A stretch of DNA of 64,000 nucleotides from Eledone cirrhosa (Eukaryota). Numbering within the stretch: the stretch's first letter is position 1; each line of letters opens with the position of its first letter. The notes beneath the pieces are model-generated. The model was not told where the DNA came from and did no database searches. It was given only the letters and a program-made list of their open reading frames with translations. Shown here in pieces: positions 56,040-64,000 of the stretch. The position numbers were made by a program, and so were the translations under genes. The stretch spans positions 40,238,001-40,302,000 of the forward strand of contig OZ024743.1 of assembly GCA_964016885.1 (NCBI GenBank), read 5' to 3'.

Positions 56040-56264
56040 CTCTTTGTATGTTAATGTACGCGTGTGTATGTGTGTGTGTATATAGGTGTGTGTGTGTGTG
56101 AGAGAGAATGTGGGGGGGGCGGGGATTAGTATTTATTTCTTTTAAAATAGTGTACATTATTCGATATTTTCAGTAAAATCGATTCTCTCAATAGATCATC
56201 AAAAACCTTAATAATAAAAGGTGTGAAATGATATATAGTATTGGCATAATACCATGGTGTGTGT

Positions 56265-56540
56265 GAGTGTGTCCAGATTGTACGTACTGCAAGGGGGAAC
56301 CATTATGCCATATTGGAATACCTGTGCACAAATATGTATCTGGAGTGTGTCCAGAAATTGTATACCTGTGCACAAATTGTATACCTGTGCACAAATTGTA
56401 CACATGTATCTGGAGTGTGTCCAGAAATTGTATACCTGTGCATAAATATGTATCTGGAGTGTGTCCAGATTGTACATACTGCAAGGGGAATTCATTAGGC
56501 CTTGACGTATTGGAATACCTGTGCACAAATATGTATGTGC
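56265..56540. repeat. Minisatellite of ctggagtgtgtccagaaattgtatacctgtgcacaaat-type units
   Basis: Four gagtgtgtccaga and five atacctgtgca motifs read directly. Confidence 0.9.
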
Positions 56541-56649
56541 CCATCAGTGTGCAATGCATGTGTGCGTTTATGTATGTGTGTGTGTCGGCACGTTTATATC
56601 TATAGACATCAAAAGGTATGCAAATGTGTGTATATTTGTGTTGCACCAT

Positions 56650-57006
56650 AGAACAATCAACAGAAAATTATGAGAAACCTAACAACTCTGATCAACCAAT
56701 ACAAAGAAGGACTCACTAACAAGGAATTCAGCTTCATCACAGACTTCACAAGTAAATCCAGCCTTTTCTACGGTATACCTAAAGTACATAAAAGCGAATT
56801 AATAAGTAAGGCATGCAAGGAAGCCACAGACATAGTCATCAATGTCCCCTCACCCAATGATCTCAAATTAAGACCTATAATAGCAGGCCCCGCTTGCGAA
56901 ACCCACCGCCTCAGCAACTTCATTGATACCCTTCTCAAGCCTTTTCTCAAACACATCAAAAGCTATATAAGGGACGACCTAGATATGCTCAATCACCTCC
57001 CTAATG
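56650..57006 (+). pseudogene. Penelope-like reverse transcriptase fragment (N-terminal RT region)
   Basis: LFYGIPKVHK...LRPIIAGPACETHRLSNFIDTLLKPFLKHIKSYIRDDLDML; open frame but truncated at both ends. Confidence 0.88.
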
Positions 57007-57259
57007 CATTTGTATGTATATATATGTTACTAGATATAAATTCTTTATTATTATCTCCAAAATATTTGTCGAGCAATACTGGCCATGACTGCTGCTACGG
57101 TAGTAGTCTGGCCGCTGTCTTATTAACAACCCACTTTCCACCGATTGACCTCGATGTCACGTGTTCGATTCTTTTTGAATTTGCCACAGACACAGAGGTA
57201 GTGATTTTCTCAATGGCTAGGAATTAAGTCCACGCTTTGCTATTTCCTATTCACTGATT

Positions 57260-57398
<139 letters not shown>

Positions 57399-57432
57399 GT
57401 GAGAAAAACCACAGACCCTCCATCTCAACTCA

Positions 57433-57470
57433 CCTTTTGAAAAGCAGAAGAACTGCGAAACCGGTAAAGG
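57433..57470 (+). ncRNA. Candidate minimal type I hammerhead ribozyme, U3-A8 variant
   Basis: CCTT-TTGAAAA-GCAG-aagaa-CTGC-GAAA-CCGG-TA-AAGG: stems I and II, palindromic stem III and a GUA site. Confidence 0.6.
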
Positions 57471-57603
57471 AACCAAATAAAAATATATATATTTAAAAAA
57501 AAAATAAGACTTCAGTTGCATTTTCGATTTCATCTCTTTTTCTTTATACTTTCACTCGTGTAGGACACCTCGGTTATTTTTCATTTTGTAAAAAAAACAT
57601 CAC

Positions 57604-57681
<78 letters not shown>

Positions 57682-57730
57682 TATTATTTGAATAATACAT
57701 ATATATATACATATATATATATACGTTTAT

Positions 57731-57790
<60 letters not shown>

Positions 57791-57911
57791 CTCCATGTGT
57801 AATTGACATGAAGCGGAGGAGTAAACACGTATACTAATAATAATAAATGTGCAGACTAAAATCCCAAGAGGGCTCGATAAGGATAAATATATATCAGTAT
57901 ATATTCGGGTT

Positions 57912-58255
57912 GACTGCCCCCTATCCGGGAAATGCCTCTCTAGTAACATTGTCTACAAATGTAAGGTTGAAATACCCACGTCCCGTAGAGCCTACATAGG
58001 CTAACCGCCAATAGATTCGAAGCAGCATCTTTACATGCATACGCATTCTTTTCGTTACCATTTAAGAAGGAATATGACGTCACTTTCAGCTTATATCTGG
58101 AGTCTAAAAGACAACCACACCCAATGTAAATTACACTGAACGGAAATAAAAGACCATGTGACCTCTGCGCCGCTCAGACCCTGGAAATACTCTACGCCAA
58201 AGACCACATCTTATACATAACATCTGAGGCAATTTCGGCTTGTAAGCATCAATTG
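57912..58255 (+). pseudogene. Penelope-like GIY-YIG endonuclease remnant
   Basis: DCPLSGKCLSSNIVYKCKVEIPTSRRAYIG*...LYMHTHSFRY...TSLSAYIWSLKDN, then NGNKRPCDLC...SEAISACKH in another frame. Absent from the ORF track. Confidence 0.82.
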
Positions 58256-58628
58256 CAGAGAGCTTTCCTCTATTACAGCCCGACATTATACCCTAACGGA
58301 TAGTACGAACTATACGCAGATATTTTACGTCTTGGTGTGGTAGCTAAGTATATGTTATGTTTATACCATTACTTATTTTTATAGGTAAGTATATATTACC
58401 TGTATGTTTTGTGAAGGTAAGTATACTTTCTCGTACGTATATTTGATTATATATGTTATGGCGGATATATTATATATTCTGGTACATATGGTTTTGGTTA
58501 TGTGTATACGCGAGTTTTGCGTCTGTGTGAGTATGCGGGTTCGTACCTATGTGGGGTGTGTGTATATGTGTACTACGTGTTTTGCTTAAACTTTAATCTA
58601 TTATTTTAATAAATATATATATATATAT

Positions 58629-59235
58629 ATATTGTTATGCTTTGGGAGGGTCATGTTGCCAATAAGAAACACACGCACCAGTAATTTTCACTTCAATTTA
58701 TTATAAATTAAATTTATAAATTTAAGAATTTATAAATTTCCGGTTGGTTGGTTGGTTCCACAACTAGATGATTGTTCATATATTGTCAGAGTTCTATCGT
58801 CACACATTCCGTGACCTCTTCATTGACTGGGGATTCTTTTCAAAAACACACACACACAGAGAACAAACAACCAAACAGTAACATGTAAATAAACGAATAA
58901 ATAAACAAATATAAATATAAACACACACAGACACCCGGATGTAACACATGCGCAAACTAAGCACACAGCACAAACAAAAAAAAATGGTATAGGACAGAAC
59001 AAAGGAGAGGCACAAAAACAAAGAAAAGAATCCTCAGTCACTAAAGAGGTCACAGACTGTGTGACGAAAGAACTTTGATAATATATGAACAATCATCTGG
59101 TTGTGGAACCAACTAACCAAGTGGAAAGTTATAAATTCTTAAATTTCTAAATTTAATTTATAATAAATTGAAGTGAAATCTTAAGGTGCGTGTGTTTCTT
59201 ATTGGCAACATGACCCTCCCAAAGCATAACAATAT
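58629..59235. mobile_element. MITE/fold-back element (~210-bp arms, ~180-bp spacer) next to (TA)n
   Basis: 58629-58841 versus 59023-59235; a diverged single arm recurs at ~61655-61835. Confidence 0.88.
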
Positions 59236-59411
59236 CGGTTTCAACAGACGTTTTCAGATAAAGAATCTTGCTAAATAAATTCAGAAACGAAATATATATA
59301 TATATATATATATATATAAAGAATGAATTTAATATGTCCAAAGATACTAAGTACCCCTAGAAATACATAGGTTGTCTATGATTCAAGATTTTTCAATATA
59401 CCAGAACTTTA

Positions 59412-59600
59412 ATATTAAGATAAGCACAACAAGTAAAATTCAACCAATTTTTTAAAATAAATTAAAAAATATAATATAAACATTTACCTCTTCTAATGGC
59501 CCTTACTGATCAGTAAGGGCCATTAGAAGAGGTAAATATTTATATTATATTTTTTTATTTATTTTAAAAATTTGGTTGAATTTTACTTGTTCTGCTTATC

Positions 59601-59607
<7 letters not shown>
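59412..59607. repeat. 196-bp spacerless palindrome centred on TGATCA
   Basis: Symmetric about 59509/59510 with only a few mismatches; ends in (TA)n. Confidence 0.95.
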
Positions 59608-59660
<53 letters not shown>

Positions 59661-59731
59661 CATATATACATCTATATAAATATACACGATTTCATATCAA
59701 ATCCTCGCAAAACTAATTCATCGACGTTATA

Positions 59732-59842
<111 letters not shown>

Positions 59843-59954
59843 AAATAACAATAAATATTTGCTCTATGGTTCTTATATATTTGATATAAATTTATCCTCA
59901 TCGATCTCTCTTTGGATTTTAGTCTTCACATGTATTAGTATTACTATATATATA

Positions 59955-60886
59955 TAGCTTTGCATAGAACTAAATGCGTGTTGAAAAAGTGACTTCCTTG
60001 TTTGATCATCATACCAAAAGCTTAACATTATTTGTGTAAGCAGACAGTACCTGATTTAGGAGTTGCAGAAACCCCATATTGGATTTTACCACCGTTTCCA
60101 TGGGCCCGGGTATAATTTTCAATCATATTTTTTTTTTTTTTTACCCGAGTAGCTTGGTCGTTTCTATGGCTTTGCGGTTAATGGTTTAACTATCGTCTCA
60201 GTTTGTTTGGCCTTTTAACGTATTTTGTTGCTCTAGTTCACTCGTTTCTATGGAGCGCTTGCCACACATCTCGGAGTTGTTTTTCGCTAATTTCCAATAG
60301 TCGAAATGCGATTCTCGCTAATTTATATGAGTATTAATCTCCTGAGCCTAGCTATTGACCAGTTAATTTTTTTAATTTTATAGTTAATTCTATTGACTGA
60401 TTAATAGCTTATGTTAATTTTCAAAACTATTCTGTTGAGAGCTTAATTCGTTTTGTGATATTTTGCAATATTGCAATAGCCACGCATACTGAATTCATCC
60501 GCCAAGACGAAGGTTTGTCCCCCTGCTAACTCCCACGTGGGTTCAGATAACGGTCAGTTCCTTAGCTTTGCATAGAACTAAATGCCTGTTGAAAAAGTGA
60601 CTTCCTTGTTCGATCATCATACCAAAAGCTTAACATTATTTGTGTAAGCACACAGTACCTGATTTAGGAGTTGCAGTATAATTTTCAATCATATTTTATT
60701 ATTTGTTTGATCGAATAGCTTGGTCGTATTTGCGGATAATGGTTTAACCATCGTCTCAGTGTGTTTGGCCTTTTAACGTACGTCGTTGCTCTAGTTCACT
60801 AGTTTCTATGGAGCGCTTGCCACACATCTCGGAAGTTGTTTTTCGCTAATTTCCAATAGCCGAATGCGATTTTCGCTAATTTATAT
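59955..60886. repeat. Direct-repeat pair (~370 and ~325 bp) around a ~235-bp spacer, bounded by (TA)n
   Basis: 59955-60328 and 60563-60886 both run tagctttgcatagaac...tcgctaatttatat. Confidence 0.92.
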
Positions 60887-61654
60887 ATATATATATAGTT
60901 GCGGAGGGTCATATTGTTGTAATAATATTGCCAGAAATAATAACAAAACACACTCACTGTTTGGTTGGTTTTCGCTTCTGTATCTTTTATATCTCCATAG
61001 TTAATTCATTTGGTCCTCAATGTTTATCATTGAATGACCAACGGTCAAAAATACAGATATAATATAGATATAAACACATATATATAGTCTAACAAATTTA
61101 TTTATTTGCATATCTGCAACATCATCAGTGGTACTATTATGTTCCTCCTGTTGTATTGTATGTCTACGCCATTTTTAATTCATTTTATCTGTTTATTTAT
61201 TTATTTATTTGTGTCTTCTTCTCTGCGCATGCGTTTGCGTGAGCATGTAGTGTTTGGTTTGTGTTCGCGTTTGGGTGATATTATTTTGGTTATTGTATTC
61301 TATCTTAGTTTACTAGTGTGTGTGTATATGTTTTGTTATCTCCATTCATTTTTTCTGTTCATTTTATATATATATAGCTGCAGGTGTCTTTCTTTATGCG
61401 GGGTGTATAAAAAATTAATCATTTTATTTTATTTAAAACATTTACAAATGCTTAATATATAAATAACTTCATAAACAGATTTAAAAGTTATAAAAAAAAA
61501 GAATAAAACTTTATATTCAGTCATGCATCGTACAATTGACGGCAGGATTATATGGTCGTATATTAAAAAAATATAACTTTCGAAATATAGCCTTTTTTTA
61601 TACAATCTGTATATATCGTGTAAAATATAAGAAAGGAGAGACACAAAATAGCAA

Positions 61655-61835
61655 CTAACCTAGTCACTGGGAAGGTCGCAGAATGTGTGACGAAAGATCT
61701 TTGACAATGAACAACTACCCAAGCACCTGGTTATTAAACTAACCGACTGCGAGTTTATAATGAATTGAATTGAAGTGAAAAACAACAGGGGCGTTTGTTT
61801 TTTATTGGCAGCATGACCCACCCAACGTATAAACA
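61655..61835. repeat. Diverged arm of the 58629-59235 family
   Basis: tgtgtgacgaaaga...ttgaagtgaaa...ttattggcagcatgaccc matches 59035-59230. Confidence 0.75.
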
Positions 61836-62903
61836 TATATATATATATATATACAAGTGGGTGTTTGTATGCGTGCGTGTGTGTGTGTGTGGGGAGGATA
61901 TGTGAGTGTGTGTGTGCGTGTCTTTGTATCATGTTCTGAGCTATATACATGGGTATATAATTTTGTTTATAATACAAATCATGTGAAATTGAACTCAAAA
62001 CTTTATTCCGCCTTTGATTGTATCTGTTCATACATTCCCTGAATGTAAATTATAAAGAGGTATTTCACTACTGTACAAGTAACTACTAAGTTCTTTACTG
62101 AAACTCGTGTATGTTTCTATGAAAAGGCAACCCATATTTTAAAGTGATATTATTTAGATTAAAATCTTTCCGACATAATTTTGTTATGTTACAAATACCA
62201 TCATAATGATGATAAAATGAATGAGTTTATTATATCCCTCGAAGTTCCGCATTATTAATCAAAATAAAATTTATTTAATAAGACTGGAAACAAAACTCAC
62301 AATAGGTGAACACAGAGATCGAAAATAATCCAGTTGGAGCGGGTACAGCGCAGTTGCCATACATACTAGAAACACGAGTCAATTGTGTATCTAATCATTT
62401 CCTATTGTCTGAAATAGAAATACATTTTGGATAATATAACATTCGATATGAAAACAATCAAGGTTGGAACGTCCTTCGTCATACGTTTAATAAATCAGAC
62501 CTGACTATGTGTTAAACATAGGCACAACGCTAAAATTAATGATCAGGTGGATAGTCAGTCAATTGACTTGGTTGGAATATTGTAGAAGTCGTCAATTCCT
62601 TCTTAAATCCGATCCCAGCGCATTAAATAAAGTAGAACACACAAAAACATACACATACTCTCCCTCACCCATGTATATATATATATATATCGGTTTGCTT
62701 TTCCTTCTGTTGTTTACTTGTCTCACTCGCTTTACGCGTTTCACTTGTCCCAATAGCTTATTTTAGTCGTTGCTCGCACCAACCTGAGGTATCTGATTTT
62801 TAATGCGATGAAATACCAATGATGGTTGGCAAATCACTGATGAGGGACTAATTTTATAATATGTAATCCATGTGCAACCATGCAGTATTCTTCTCCCCTT
62901 GTT

Positions 62904-62983
<80 letters not shown>

Positions 62984-63028
62984 GTGTGTGTATATATATA
63001 TATACACACGCACACAAACATGTATATT

Positions 63029-63060
<32 letters not shown>

Positions 63061-64000
63061 TCATATTTAATGGATGAAACACATTTCATTGAATCTTAAA
63101 CCGATCAAAGCTGATCTGCGACTAAAGTATAATACCAAAAACGCATACTTTATTCCTTCCGATTCGAGTGAAATAAAATAAATCGTGATAGCAGAAGATT
63201 TACGCTGATGCAGTTGTTTTTGTTGTCTTGACTACTGTAGTATTTGATGTTTTCATAGAAAATATTTCACAAAATCCCAGGCAGCATAACTGAACCCGAA
63301 TCAACTTAGTTGCGAATTTGACTTCTCAATAACATAAATATATGAAAGAAAATGACACACAACAAGCGACACATAGCGGGGGAAATGAAAGAAAAGTGAA
63401 GAGTAGCTGTGAGAGGAGGGTCTTTAGATGAATGACGCCTCAGCAGTTCGGGAAAAGAAGTGCAATCTGTTGGCCAGAAGACATTAGTAAGTAAAATGGC
63501 GGATGATTTAATCAATATTATGTATGTTACTAATAAAATTATCAATTTTCTGCCTTAAATGTTTGAATTTGATCACAGCTAGCGCACATTTGATTAAATT
63601 TTAGTTGAGTGAACCAGTTGTAATTAGTATATATAGCTGTGACTATATTTTACGCGTCTTTTGTAGTATTTTCTTTAGTTTTATTTTTCATATACTATTA
63701 CCTTTTCCATGCTGTATTGTTTTATCAAAGAGTTCTTAATAGCATAGTAGAAATAGATATAAAAATGTCCTTCCTTTAAATTTGTCTGGAGGGTTTCTTT
63801 CTGATTCTTATTTGCATGCTTTCCTCCTTTCATTTCTTAAGTTTTACCAAGTTTCTATTTGTGTTACCGTTGTAGTTTTCTTTTTTGCTGTTTTGGCGTC
63901 ATTTTCGTATGTTTTTTTCTTTGTTTGTTTTTTTTTCAGCAAGATGTTGGAAACTATTTTGGTAGAAAGTTACTTTTAATTTCTGTGTAAAAAAAAAATG

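Overview
AT-rich eukaryotic non-coding DNA with no recognisable host protein-coding gene. The very long (TA)n tracts, the SINE families and the Dong/R4, RTE and Penelope content suggest a cephalopod (octopus-like) genome; that assignment is an inference. The window is a mosaic of microsatellites and decayed transposons. It holds one near-full-length Tx1/L1-clade LINE (minus, ~8.57-14.58 kb), three Dong/R4-type restriction-like-endonuclease LINEs (~15.6-19.5, ~21.0-23.7, ~43.0-46.2 kb), a Chapaev3-like DNA transposon with TIRs and a TAA target duplication (35951-37916) and a non-autonomous Helitron (30691-31569). It also holds RTE remnants (one with three C2H2 fingers), several Penelope-like (PLE) RT/GIY-YIG remnants with hammerhead-ribozyme-like motifs, about 20 copies of a tRNA-derived SINE (11-12 in one co-oriented cluster) and many fold-back repeats next to (TA)n. 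Main observations: (1) the dominant SINE shares its 3' tail and (ATT)n target with the Tx1 LINE, a candidate LINE-SINE partnership, with an empty/filled-site pair showing a 17-bp TSD; (2) a minimal hammerhead with a compensatory U3-A8 core; (3) a structured, pseudoknot-capable leader on a Dong element. Most ORFs in the supplied track are microsatellite artefacts. All family names come from motif recognition by eye; no search or folding program was run.
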